From Clostridia bacterium (GTDB taxonomy: Bacteria > Bacillota > Clostridia > UBA1381 > UMGS1253): a stretch of DNA of 64,000 bases. Location of the stretch: positions 19,637 to 83,636 of the forward strand of contig JAZTXH010000014.1 of assembly GCA_045636325.1 (NCBI GenBank). Reading direction: 5' to 3'. Both the position numbers and the translations under genes were made by a program. Below, in pieces: positions 1 through 11,441 of the stretch; the first letter of the stretch is position 1; every line of letters starts with the position of its first letter. The notes beneath the pieces were generated by a model that saw only the letters and a program-made list of their open reading frames with translations, made no database searches and was not told the origin of the DNA.

Positions 1-1335
<1,335 letters not shown>

Positions 1336-1352
1336 TCATACATTATACCACA

Positions 1353-2306
1353 TTATAACACACTTTTCAAGATTTTTTTTAATTCTTCTGCAGTTTTAGC
1401 CATATTAATGTCACGTCTTGCTCTGGAAGAATTTTTTTCACCCTTCAAATACCATGTTGCATGCTTTCTTATCTCACATATAGCAATATGTTCACCTTTA
1501 GTTTCACACATCATCTCAAACTGACGAATAGTAGTTTCAACCTTTGTTTTAATATCCGGTTTATATTTAACCTCGCCAAGTTCAAAAAGCTCGTTTATTT
1601 GCCTGAACAAAAACGGATTGCCCATAGCCCCTCTTGCTATCATGACAGCATCACAACCTGTATAAGCCTTCATATTAACCGCATCTTCAGGTGTAAATAT
1701 ATCGCCGTTCCCAATAACCGGTATGTTTAAATTTTTCTTTACTTTTTTTATTATATTCCAGTCTGCTTTCCCACTGTAATACTGCTCACGTGTTCTGCCA
1801 TGAACCGTGACTGCCGCTGCACCTGCCCGTTCTGCAGTTTGCGCAATTTCGACAGCATTAATATTGTTTTCATCCCAGCCTTTTCTTATCTTTACAGTTA
1901 CTGGTACAGATGTGTTTTCCCTGACAGCTTTAACAATATCAAACACCTTGTCCTTGCGCTGCATCAACGCACTTCCTTCGCCGTTCCCCGCAACCTTAGG
2001 CACCGGACACCCCATATTTATGTCTATAAGACAGGCACCACATTCTAATGCCTTCGGAGCAGCTTGAGCTATTGTCTGCGCATCAGAGCCGAATATCTGT
2101 ACGGCATAAGGTTCTTCCTCTGAATGACACTGAAGCATTTTATAAGTCTTTTTATCATTAAACGTAAGCGCCTTTGCACTAATCATTTCTGTATAAACAA
2201 GTCCACAACCATAGCTTTTGCATATGCGCCTGAAAGCAGAATCCGTTACACCCGCCATAGGTGCAAGAAAAACTTCGTTTTCAAAATTTAGCTTTCCAAT
2301 TTTCAT
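1353..2306 (-). CDS. dusB: tRNA-dihydrouridine synthase (DusB-like)
   Basis: 317 aa. It has the Dus N-terminus LAPMAGVTDSAFRRIC and FMN TIM-barrel motifs (NMGCPV, TVHGRT). Confidence 0.9.
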   Translation of the reverse strand: MKIGKLNFENEVFLAPMAGVTDSAFRRICKSYGCGLVYTEMISAKALTFNDKKTYKMLQCHSEEEPYAVQIFGSDAQTIAQAAPKALECGACLIDINMGCPVPKVAGNGEGSALMQRKDKVFDIVKAVRENTSVPVTVKIRKGWDENNINAVEIAQTAERAGAAAVTVHGRTREQYYSGKADWNIIKKVKKNLNIPVIGNGDIFTPEDAVNMKAYTGCDAVMIARGAMGNPFLFRQINELFELGEVKYKPDIKTKVETTIRQFEMMCETKGEHIAICEIRKHATWYLKGEKNSSRARRDINMAKTAEELKKILKSVL

Positions 2307-2371
2307 TAATTTCCCCCGTTATTTGTATAAAAGCAGGAAAACCCACAACGCGAGTTCCCTGCTTTTATATT

Positions 2372-3673
2372 TTAATAAACATCCTTGCTTATAATATCTT
2401 CATAGGTTTCGCGTCTTACTAAAACACGATCTTTTCCGTTTGCTACCATTACAACAGCGGGACGCGGAATTCTATTATAATTGCTTGCCATAGAATAGTT
2501 ATATGCACCAGTTGCCAATATAGCCAAAACATCGCCCTGTTCAGCTTTGGAAATACGCATATTTTCTCCTATCAAATCTCCTGATTCACAACATTTTCCT
2601 GCTATTGATACAATATCCTCAGCCTTTTCATTAGCTTTATTTGCTACCACAGCAGTATATTCTGCTCCATATAAAATATATCTGGGATTATCACCCATAC
2701 CGCCATCTATAAAAATATATTTCTTAATATCTTTAATATCTTTCACGCAACCTACAGTATAAAGAGTAATACCCGCATTCCCAACCAGAGACCGCCCCGG
2801 CTCCATAATAATCTTTGGAAGTCTCATATCGTTTTGTGCACATATTTCTTTTACAACTTCGCTCACTGCTTTTATATATTTATCATATTCTATAGGGTCA
2901 TCGCTTTCCACATATTTTATGCCAAATCCACCGCCAAGATTCAATTCTTCAAGCTCTATTCCAAGTTCATCTTTAACTTCTTTTACAAACCCAAGCATTA
3001 TTTCGGCAGCATGGCAAAAAGGCTCAAGCTCAAAAATCTGTGAACCTATATGACAATGTATACCCACAACATTAATATTATCAAACTTTTTTGCTTCTCT
3101 TATAATTTCTATCGCTTCTCCATTTTCAAGTGCTACGCCGAATTTAGAATCAATCTGACCGGTTTTTACAAAATCATGAGTGTGTGCATCAACACCCGGT
3201 TTAATTCTAAACATTATATTAGCATTTTTAGCTTTGCTTTTGCATATTTTAGAAAGCATTTCAAGCTCATAAACATTGTCAACCACAATTCTGCCAACAC
3301 TGCTTTCAACAGCCATTTCAAGCTCGTCGTATGTTTTATTATTTCCGTGGAAATAAATTTTTTCACAGGGAAATCCTGCCTTTAATGCACAGTAAAGCTC
3401 CCCGCCGGACACAACATCGACACCCAAGCCTTCTTCCATGGCAATCTTATAAATACCTACACATGAAAATGCCTTTGATGCATAAAGTGCAATACCATTG
3501 CCGTCATAATATTTATCTATTGCCTGCTTATATATCCGGCAATTTTTTCTTATCATATCTTCATCCATAACATAAAGAGGAGTTTTATACTTTTTTGCAA
3601 GCTCAACCGTATCCGCTCCGCCAATGGTGAGATGATTTTTTTCATTAATATTTAAATTTTCCGTTAAAAACAT
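2372..3673 (-). CDS. lysA: Diaminopimelate decarboxylase
   Basis: Type III PLP decarboxylase pattern (YASKAF, GGGFGI, CESGD). I moved the start to the ATG at 3673 (MFLTENL...), which follows GGAGG by 8 nt. The longer track ORF start has no RBS. Confidence 0.9.
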   Translation of the reverse strand: MFLTENLNINEKNHLTIGGADTVELAKKYKTPLYVMDEDMIRKNCRIYKQAIDKYYDGNGIALYASKAFSCVGIYKIAMEEGLGVDVVSGGELYCALKAGFPCEKIYFHGNNKTYDELEMAVESSVGRIVVDNVYELEMLSKICKSKAKNANIMFRIKPGVDAHTHDFVKTGQIDSKFGVALENGEAIEIIREAKKFDNINVVGIHCHIGSQIFELEPFCHAAEIMLGFVKEVKDELGIELEELNLGGGFGIKYVESDDPIEYDKYIKAVSEVVKEICAQNDMRLPKIIMEPGRSLVGNAGITLYTVGCVKDIKDIKKYIFIDGGMGDNPRYILYGAEYTAVVANKANEKAEDIVSIAGKCCESGDLIGENMRISKAEQGDVLAILATGAYNYSMASNYNRIPRPAVVMVANGKDRVLVRRETYEDIISKDVY

Positions 3674-3814
3674 ATAATTTACCTCCGGTAAAAAACCTAT
3701 AAGCATTTTATTAATTATACCACAGGATAAATTATTATGTCAATCAAATCCAAAGCAAATCTGCAAAAAAGCAGTGATTAAAGTTTAAATTTCTTACTTT
3801 TTTATACGACTTAA

Positions 3815-4987
3815 TTAAATTTTTATCCAATTTAAAAATAATTTACTAAGCATTGCATAATATGTAAGTTTACCAACATCTTCACAAGCTACGATATTTA
3901 CGCTGCCAATCTGTGTTTTTCCTTTTAAAATTTTTATTTCTCCCACTTTATCTGAAATCCCTATAGGTGCATTTACACTTTCCTCTATATTTGACTCTGC
4001 AGTAATTTGCCCACCATCCCCTTTTTTTGTTAAAACGCTGAAATTATCCTTTGCAATAGCACATGCTTCCCCTTTCATACCCTTTAACACTTTCACTTTT
4101 CCGTATTCATCACCAGCATTAATAACTTTCTTTACTTCAAAATTTGCAAATCCATAATCAAGAAGTTTTCTTGCATCTGCAAAACGTTCAGCCGAAGTAG
4201 GCGCTGCCATTACAACAGCAATCAACTGCATTCCGTTTCTTAAAGCCGATGCAGAAATACAGTTTTTTGCAATAGATGTAGATCCTGTTTTCAATCCATT
4301 CGCTCCGTTATAAAACCGTATAAGCTTATTTGTATTTGAAAGCTGAAATTTACCATCACGCAGTGAATCCATCCATATGGTTGTAAATTCAAATATTTTT
4401 TCGTACTTTAAAAGCTCTCTTGACATTATTGCAATATCTCTTGCACTGCTGTAATGGCCATCGGCATCTAGTCCATTAGGATTTTTAAACTGAGTATTTG
4501 TCATTCCAAGTTCTTTTGCACGCTTATTCATAAGCTCTACAAATCCCTCACAACTACCTGATATATGTTCAGCCAATGCAACAGCAGCATCATTACCCGA
4601 AGCAACCGCAACTCCTTTCATTAAATCATATACACTTATCTGTTCACCTGCATCAAGAAAAATTGTGGAACCTCCCATACTTTTTGCATATTCACTACCT
4701 GTAACAATATCTTCAAACGATATCTTTCCGGAATCAATCGCCTCCATAGTCAAAAGCATAGTCATAACCTTTGTTACACTTGCAGGCGGAAGCGCTTCAT
4801 CTGCATTTTTTTCAAAAAGAACGCTGCCGCTACTTTGCTCCATCAATATTACCGATGGAGCAGACAATTCAATAGCGATTTCGTTTTCCTGAGCACTCAC
4901 AAAAAAAGGGTTAAATGCAAAAAATATATTTGCAATTAAAATCACCGCTAAAAATACCGTATTTACTTTTTTATATAATGTAAACAT
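3815..4987 (-). CDS. D-alanyl-D-alanine carboxypeptidase (PBP5 / DacB-DacF type)
   Basis: Signal peptide, SVTKVMT (SxxK), SGN and KTG motifs, and a C-terminal PBP5_C-like domain. Confidence 0.88.
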   Translation of the reverse strand: MFTLYKKVNTVFLAVILIANIFFAFNPFFVSAQENEIAIELSAPSVILMEQSSGSVLFEKNADEALPPASVTKVMTMLLTMEAIDSGKISFEDIVTGSEYAKSMGGSTIFLDAGEQISVYDLMKGVAVASGNDAAVALAEHISGSCEGFVELMNKRAKELGMTNTQFKNPNGLDADGHYSSARDIAIMSRELLKYEKIFEFTTIWMDSLRDGKFQLSNTNKLIRFYNGANGLKTGSTSIAKNCISASALRNGMQLIAVVMAAPTSAERFADARKLLDYGFANFEVKKVINAGDEYGKVKVLKGMKGEACAIAKDNFSVLTKKGDGGQITAESNIEESVNAPIGISDKVGEIKILKGKTQIGSVNIVACEDVGKLTYYAMLSKLFLNWIKI

Positions 4988-5052
4988 AAAAAAACCTCCC
5001 GTCTTTACATAGTAAACACTATGCCAGCAAGAGGTTTTTTATTCATAATAAA

Positions 5053-6462
5053 TTAATTAAGGTAATCTGCTGAATCCATATCTATATATTCAACATCAAT
5101 CTTATTCTTCTTTGCTTTTCTGTATTCAAAGAACTTAAGAGCAACCTTATCAAACAAAGCATAAGAAAGAACATCTTCTTCCTGCTCCATCCACTCATTT
5201 ATTTCACCGCGAAGCTTATCAAGTTCGGGTGCAATCTTATCTGCAGGACGGCACGTAATTCTCTCTTCATCTCCAATAATCTTTTTAACAATTTCATCAG
5301 AAATTTCAACAGGAGTCTGACCATACTCACCACGAACAATACCCTTTGTTTCCTTTGTAATCATCTTATAACGCTCACCGCCGATTACGTTAAACACAGC
5401 CTGAGTACCAACAATCTGACTTGAGGGTGTAACAAGAGGAGGATTACCTAAATCAGCACGAACTTTTGGAACTTCTTTCAAAACTTCCATAAGCTGTTCT
5501 TCTTTTCCTGCCTGCTTAAGCTGAGAAACAAGGTTTGAAAGCATACCGCCGGGAACCTGATAAACAAGTGTATTAACATCTACACCCATTACCTTCGGAT
5601 TCAAAAGACCGCTTTCAAGATATTCCTCACGAAGAGGTCTGAAATAATCAGCAATATCAGAAAGAAGATTTAAGTCATATCCTGTGTCATAAGGTGTGCC
5701 TTGGAATGCAGCAACCATAGCTTCAGTTGCGGGCTGTGATGTACCAAGTGCCAAAGGTGACATCGCACAGTCGATAACGTCTACACCAGCTTCAACAGCC
5801 TTCATATATGTCATTGAAGCAACACCTGATGTATAATGTGTATGAAGCTGAACAGGAATCTTAACTGTTTCTTTTATAGCTTTAACCAGATTATATGCAG
5901 GATTTGGCAAAAGCAAACCTGCCATATCCTTGATACAAATAGAGCTTGCACCCATTTCCTCAAGCTGTTTTGCAAGATTTGCATAATATTCCTGAGTAAA
6001 CAGTGATTTATCATCACTTATTGTGTAACAAAGAGTGGCCTGAACATGTCCCTTTGCTTTATTTGTTGCTTTAATAGCTGTTTCAAGGTTACGAACATCG
6101 TTTAAAGCATCGAAAATACGGATAATATCAATACCGTTAGCAACTGACTTTTCACAAAAATATTCAACAACATCATCTGCATAATGTCTGTAACCTAAAA
6201 TATTCTGACCACGGAAAAGCATCTGTAAAGGAGTATTCTTAGCCTTGTCCTTTATTTTGCGAAGCCTCTCCCATGGGTCTTCGTTTAAAAATCTCAAACA
6301 TGAGTCAAATGTTGCACCACCCCAAGCTTCCAAAGAATGATAGCCTACTTTGTCAAGTTTTTCAACGATAGGCAATATCTGCTCTGTTGTCATACGAGTC
6401 GCAATCAAACTCTGATGTGCGTCTCTTAATATTGTTTCTGTAATTTTTACAGGTTTAGCCAT
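5053..6462 (-). CDS. oadA: Oxaloacetate decarboxylase alpha subunit (carboxyltransferase, PYC_OADA/HMGL-like); no biotinyl domain
   Basis: 469 aa. The N-terminus ITETILRDAHQSLIATRMTTEQ is typical of OadA/PycB/5S transcarboxylase. The protein ends before any AMKM lipoyl-like domain. Confidence 0.85.
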   Translation of the reverse strand: MAKPVKITETILRDAHQSLIATRMTTEQILPIVEKLDKVGYHSLEAWGGATFDSCLRFLNEDPWERLRKIKDKAKNTPLQMLFRGQNILGYRHYADDVVEYFCEKSVANGIDIIRIFDALNDVRNLETAIKATNKAKGHVQATLCYTISDDKSLFTQEYYANLAKQLEEMGASSICIKDMAGLLLPNPAYNLVKAIKETVKIPVQLHTHYTSGVASMTYMKAVEAGVDVIDCAMSPLALGTSQPATEAMVAAFQGTPYDTGYDLNLLSDIADYFRPLREEYLESGLLNPKVMGVDVNTLVYQVPGGMLSNLVSQLKQAGKEEQLMEVLKEVPKVRADLGNPPLVTPSSQIVGTQAVFNVIGGERYKMITKETKGIVRGEYGQTPVEISDEIVKKIIGDEERITCRPADKIAPELDKLRGEINEWMEQEEDVLSYALFDKVALKFFEYRKAKKNKIDVEYIDMDSADYLN

Positions 6463-6503
6463 TTTATCTACCTCCTATTTTAATTAATAGCAATTATAGG
6501 CAA

Positions 6504-7709
6504 TTACGCAAAAAGCGAAAGGAATACGCCTGCTGCAACAGCAGAACCAATAACACCTGCAACGTTAGGGCCCATAGCATGCATTAACAAGAAGTTTGCA
6601 GGATTTTCTTTCTGTCCTACCTTCTGTGAAACACGGGCAGCCATTGGCACTGCTGATACACCTGCAGAACCAATCAAAGGATTAACCTTACCGCCTGTGA
6701 ATATGTACATAAGCTTACCAAATATCAAACCACCTGCTGTACTGAACGAGAACGCAATTACACCAAGAAGAATAACTTTAATTGTTTCCATTGTAAGAAG
6801 CGTATCTGCTGTAGCTGTGGCACCAACAGTAGTGCCAAGGAAGATTGTTACAATATTCATAAGCTCGTTCTGTGCAGTTTTGCTTAGTCTGTCTGCAACA
6901 CCACTTTCCTTTAAAAGGTTACCAAGCATAAGCATACCAACAAGCGGAATAGCATCAGGAACAATAAGACCAACAACGATTGTTACAATAATTGGGAAAA
7001 GAATCTTTTCTCTTTTTGTTACAATACGAAGCTGCTCCATAACAACGCTTCTTTCCTTTTTGGTTGTCATAAGCTTCATAATAGGTGTCTGAATTACAGG
7101 AATTAGCGCCATATAAGAATATGCCGCAATTGCAATCGCAGGCAAAAGCTTAGGAGCGAGAGTCTTTGTTACAAAAATAGCTGTAGGACCGTCTGCACCG
7201 CCAATAATACCGATAGAAGATGCCTCAAGTGCGTTAAAGCCAAGCGCAATAGCACCTAAGAATGTTAAAAATACACCAAGCTGTGCCGCTGCACCAAGCA
7301 AAATGCTTTTGGGATTTGCAATCAACGGACCAAAGTCAGTCATAGCACCGATACCCATAAAGATAAGCGGCGGATAAATACCAAGCTTAACACCAAGGTA
7401 TAAAAGGTCTAACAGACCACCTTCATTTAATACCCTTCCGAAATCAATATGACCATTTACAAAAAACGCTTCATTTGAAAACCATTCAGGATGCATAATA
7501 TTTGCAGTCTGAGGAAGATTAGCTAAAAGCATACCAAACGCAATAGGCATAAGAAGAAGAGGTTCAAACTGCTTTACAATTGCAAGATATAATAATACGC
7601 AAGCAATTACAATCATAAGTAAAATTTTCCACCAACCAGCATCGGTAAACATCATCGCAATACCAGTGCTGTTAAGAAAGCCCGTTAAACCATCTATAAA
7701 TGTAGTCAC
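6504..7709 (-). CDS. oadB: Na+-translocating decarboxylase beta subunit (membrane pump)
   Basis: 401 aa polytopic membrane protein of the OadB/GcdB/MmdB family. It lies between the biotin carrier and alpha subunit genes. Confidence 0.88.
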   Translation of the reverse strand: MTTFIDGLTGFLNSTGIAMMFTDAGWWKILLMIVIACVLLYLAIVKQFEPLLLMPIAFGMLLANLPQTANIMHPEWFSNEAFFVNGHIDFGRVLNEGGLLDLLYLGVKLGIYPPLIFMGIGAMTDFGPLIANPKSILLGAAAQLGVFLTFLGAIALGFNALEASSIGIIGGADGPTAIFVTKTLAPKLLPAIAIAAYSYMALIPVIQTPIMKLMTTKKERSVVMEQLRIVTKREKILFPIIVTIVVGLIVPDAIPLVGMLMLGNLLKESGVADRLSKTAQNELMNIVTIFLGTTVGATATADTLLTMETIKVILLGVIAFSFSTAGGLIFGKLMYIFTGGKVNPLIGSAGVSAVPMAARVSQKVGQKENPANFLLMHAMGPNVAGVIGSAVAAGVFLSLFA

Positions 7710-7739
7710 TTAAATTCACTCCGTTTCTGTAATGCAAAA

Positions 7740-8111
7740 TTATGATAATGAAATTAGAGCGTCACCTGTATTTACGCTTGCGCCTTTTGTTACATTTATA
7801 GCTGCAACAGTAGCATCGTTAGGTGCAGTAATTTCATTTTCCATTTTCATAGCTTCAAGAATACATAAAACATCGCCTTTTTTTACAACTGCACCTGCTG
7901 TAACCTTGATATCAAGAATTGTTCCGGGCATAGGAGCTGAAACAACATTAGCGCCTGCGGGTGCGGGTGCAGCAACAGGAGCAGCAGCCTCTTCCTTTGC
8001 AGGTGCAGGAGCAGTGGCAGGTACACTTATAGGTGCATTTGCAAAGCTCTGTGTTTCCTCAACTTCAACATTATAAACATTACCATTTACTTTAATAACA
8101 AATTTTTTCAT
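7740..8111 (-). CDS. Stand-alone biotin carboxyl carrier subunit of the decarboxylase
   Basis: 123 aa with an Ala/Pro linker followed by the biotinylation motif [11 protein letters not shown]. Confidence 0.88.
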   Translation of the reverse strand: MKKFVIKVNGNVYNVEVEETQSFANAPISVPATAPAPAKEEAAAPVAAPAPAGANVVSAPMPGTILDIKVTAGAVVKKGDVLCILEAMKMENEITAPNDATVAAINVTKGASVNTGDALISLS

Positions 8112-8172
8112 TTTACATTCCTCCTGTTTGATAAGAAATAATAATTCAATCGATAATTTTTATATGTTCAGA

Positions 8173-8526
8173 TTACTTTTTCCAAACATACTTTCCCGTG
8201 CTCTGTTCCTGAACAGATACAACACGCAATCTCTTTGTAGGGTCATCGCCACTCATTGCTGCAACTGTCGCACTGATAACCGCTAATGTTTCATCAGTTG
8301 TAGCCGCTTTTGCAGGTGCTGCATTAACAGCTGCTTTTGTTTCAACAGAATCTTCTTTGCTGAAAAACTTCATAATATTAAGCACAATCATAAGTATAAC
8401 AAGCACAGAAAACACTATAATCATACCTTGAACTGCAATCAAACCAGCTTCAGCAATTGAAATATTTGCATTGGAAGATACATTCGAAGATGTTTCCATA
8501 AGACTTGCAAAATTTGCCTTTAACAT
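8173..8526 (-). CDS. oadG: OadG-like small membrane anchor subunit
   Basis: One transmembrane helix plus an Ala-rich tail, and first gene of the operon. Start set at the ATG at 8526 (MLKANF...), preceded by GAGGTGAG. Confidence 0.7.
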   Translation of the reverse strand: MLKANFASLMETSSNVSSNANISIAEAGLIAVQGMIIVFSVLVILMIVLNIMKFFSKEDSVETKAAVNAAPAKAATTDETLAVISATVAAMSGDDPTKRLRVVSVQEQSTGKYVWKK

Positions 8527-8854
8527 ATTTCTCACCTCAATTTCATAATAAAATATTTTTTTAAACAAGTTTCTGCCGCTTTACATTCTCTTCAAAGTCT
8601 GGCTAACTTGTTAATTTAGATTTATAAATGAGGATAAAAAATCCAACCTCACTCAATTGTATATTATACTAAAAATATTTCTTTTCTGCAAGTAAAATAT
8701 AAAAAATTTTTTAATTCTTAACGCTTTTTTTATACTTTTGGTATTTTTAATATAAATATGCATAAAAATATCCATTTTTCATTATATATATCCAATAATT
8801 TAGTTAAAAATATATATCTTGTTATTTGCATTTATTATAACACACACTATATAG

Positions 8855-8892
8855 TAAAATTAAAAGCAACCTTACAATTCGCAAGGCTGCTT
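8855..8892 (-). terminator. Intrinsic terminator after rluB
   Basis: Minus-strand stem AAGCAGCCTT/AAGGTTGCTT followed by TTAATTTT. Confidence 0.55.
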
Positions 8893-8897
8893 AAAAA

Positions 8898-9623
8898 TTA
8901 ATTATTCAATAAAATATTTACCTCCACACTTGTCAGATGCCTCCATCTGCCATAAGGAAGATTTCCCAAATCAATTTTTCCCACCGCCTCACGGTGAAGT
9001 CCAACTACTTTATATCCAAGAGCTTCAAACATTCTTCTCACCTGTCTGTTTTTGCCCTCATGAATTGTTATTCTTACAACGCTTCTTCCGGGAAAGCTGT
9101 CAATCAAATCAACATCAGCAGGACTTGTAACAAAATCATCAAGCCTTACACCTTTTCTTAGCTGAGCAAGATGCTTTATTGCAATTCCGCCTTTTAATGT
9201 TGCAACATATGTTTTATTAATATTGTGCTTAGGATGGGTAATTTTATAAGTAAAGTCACCGTCATTTGTAAGCAGAAGCAATCCGCTTGTATCAAAATCA
9301 AGCCTGCCCACAGGGTGTAAGGACACATCAGGTAAATCCTCTTTTACAAGGTCAATTACCGTAGGTCTGTCAAACTGGTCTGTCACAGAGCAGATATATC
9401 CTTCAGGCTTATTAAGCATAATATAGTATTTTTTTAAAACTATTTTTAGTTCTTCGCCATCAAGATAAACTCTGTTGGCACAAATCTCAACCTTTGTACC
9501 CAACTCCGTAATCGTTTTACCATCTACCTTTACTCTTCCCTGCAAAATCATTTCTTCTGCGTGTCTTCTAGAAGCCGCACCACTCATAGATATATATCTT
9601 TGCAGCCTGACTATTTCACTCAT
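8898..9623 (-). CDS. rluB: rRNA pseudouridine synthase (RsuA/RluB family) with S4 domain
   Basis: N-terminal S4 domain (RLQRYISMSGAASRRHAEEMI) and the catalytic motif GRLDFDTSGLLLLTNDG. Confidence 0.88.
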   Translation of the reverse strand: MSEIVRLQRYISMSGAASRRHAEEMILQGRVKVDGKTITELGTKVEICANRVYLDGEELKIVLKKYYIMLNKPEGYICSVTDQFDRPTVIDLVKEDLPDVSLHPVGRLDFDTSGLLLLTNDGDFTYKITHPKHNINKTYVATLKGGIAIKHLAQLRKGVRLDDFVTSPADVDLIDSFPGRSVVRITIHEGKNRQVRRMFEALGYKVVGLHREAVGKIDLGNLPYGRWRHLTSVEVNILLNN

Positions 9624-9645
9624 AAATCTCTCTCCGTCCGCAAAA

Positions 9646-11421
9646 TTATTTTATTTCGTCATCTTTTATTTTAATATAAAGCTCTTCAAGTTGTTTTTCA
9701 TCAACAACATCGGGAGCATTGCTCATTAACTCAGATGCATTCTGAACCTTGGGAAATGCCACAACATCGCGCAAACTATCCGCCCCGCACATAATCATTG
9801 CAATTCTGTCAAGACCTATTCCCATACCGCCATGAGGTGCTGCGCCATATTTGTACGCATCAACAAGAAAACCGAATTTAGCTTCAATTTCTTCATTTGT
9901 AAGACCAAGTGACTTAAACATCTTCTGTTGCAGTTCATAATCATTAATTCTTATAGAACCACTTGAAAGTTCTGTTCCGTTTAAAACAAGGTCATAAGCC
10001 TTAGCCTTTACCTTACCTGGGTCTGTATCAAGATATTCAATGCACTCATCCATAGGCATTGTGAAAGGGTGATGCATTGCATCCCAGCAGCCCGTTTCTT
10101 CATTATACTCAAAGAAAGGAAACTCTGTAATCCAAAGAAAATTAAATCCCTCAGGTATGATGTCAAGTTTCTTTGCTACTGTTAGTCTTAATGAACCAAG
10201 CACAGGAAGTGTAATGTTGTTTTTATCTGCAACAAACAATATTACATCACCTTTTTTAGCTCCCATTGTATTTAAAATATTCTCAAGCTCGCCTTCTTTC
10301 ATAAACTTGGCAAATGAGCAAGCAGGTTCATCATCAACCCAACGAACAAACGCAAGACCTTTTGCACCGATACCTCTCACATATTCTGTAAGCTTGTCAA
10401 TTTCTTTTCTTGTAAGAGTAGCTGCCGCATTTTCTGCCACAATACCTCTTACAGAGCCACCGCTCTGAACTGCTGAAGAGAACACGCCAAAATCGCAATC
10501 ACGAACAAGCTCAGATATATCCTTAATTTCCATTCCAAAGCGTGTATCGGGCTTATCAGAACCAAATCTCTGCATGGCGTCTGCATATGTCATTCTTGGA
10601 AGCGGCACAGGAATATCAATATCAAGAACATCTTTAAAAAGTCTTTGAATCAAACCTTCTCCGATTGACAAAACATCTTCCACATCAACAAAAGACATTT
10701 CAAGGTCGATTTGTGTAAATTCAGGCTGTCTGTCAGCTCTTAAATCTTCATCTCTAAAGCATCTTGCAAGCTGAATATAACGATCAAATCCTGATATCAT
10801 CAAAAGCTGCTTGTAAATCTGCGGTGACTGCGGAAGCGCATAAAACTTACCCTTATGAACTCTTGAAGGAACAATATAGTCTCTTGCACCTTCAGGTGTA
10901 GACTTCATCATCATAGGTGTTTCAATTTCTATGAAACCATTTTCATAAAAATAGTCACGGGCAGATTTTGCAATCATACTTCTTTTCATGATATTTTCCT
11001 GCAATGGTTTACGTCTTAAATCCAGATAACGATATTTTAAGCGAAGCTCTTCGTTTACATTTGTCTTGTCTGAAATTTCAAAGGGCGGTGTTTCAGCTTT
11101 TGCAAGAATACGCAAATCCTCTACAAAAATTTCAATATTACCTGTTTTAATTTCAGCATTTTTACTTTCTCTTTCTCTCACTTCGCCTTTTGCCATTAAA
11201 ACAAATTCGCTCCTGCATGAAGATGCCTTTTCAAACACATCCCTTACAGTATTTTCATCAAACGCAAGCTGAACAATACCCGTTCTGTCTCGTAAATCAA
11301 TAAAAATCAATGTTCCCATATCACGGATTTTCTGAACATATCCGCCTACGGTAACTATACTTCCTATTTTTTCAACCTCGCCGCAATAGCAAGAGCGTTT
11401 TAAACCTTTCATTGTATCCAA
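9646..11421 (-). CDS. aspS: Aspartyl-tRNA synthetase
   Basis: 591 aa class II aaRS with an OB anticodon domain, FRDEDLRADRQPEFTQ (motif 2 region) and GLDR (motif 3). Confidence 0.95.
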   Translation of the reverse strand: MDTMKGLKRSCYCGEVEKIGSIVTVGGYVQKIRDMGTLIFIDLRDRTGIVQLAFDENTVRDVFEKASSCRSEFVLMAKGEVRERESKNAEIKTGNIEIFVEDLRILAKAETPPFEISDKTNVNEELRLKYRYLDLRRKPLQENIMKRSMIAKSARDYFYENGFIEIETPMMMKSTPEGARDYIVPSRVHKGKFYALPQSPQIYKQLLMISGFDRYIQLARCFRDEDLRADRQPEFTQIDLEMSFVDVEDVLSIGEGLIQRLFKDVLDIDIPVPLPRMTYADAMQRFGSDKPDTRFGMEIKDISELVRDCDFGVFSSAVQSGGSVRGIVAENAAATLTRKEIDKLTEYVRGIGAKGLAFVRWVDDEPACSFAKFMKEGELENILNTMGAKKGDVILFVADKNNITLPVLGSLRLTVAKKLDIIPEGFNFLWITEFPFFEYNEETGCWDAMHHPFTMPMDECIEYLDTDPGKVKAKAYDLVLNGTELSSGSIRINDYELQQKMFKSLGLTNEEIEAKFGFLVDAYKYGAAPHGGMGIGLDRIAMIMCGADSLRDVVAFPKVQNASELMSNAPDVVDEKQLEELYIKIKDDEIK

Positions 11422-11441
11422 TTCAAGTCACCTCTGTATAA

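Noticed and set aside
7732-8076. 114-aa plus-strand ORF with an Ala/Gly/Thr-rich sequence
   Set aside because: It is the reverse-complement reading of the Ala/Pro linker of the biotin carrier gene. The minus-strand product carries the AMKM biotinylation motif.
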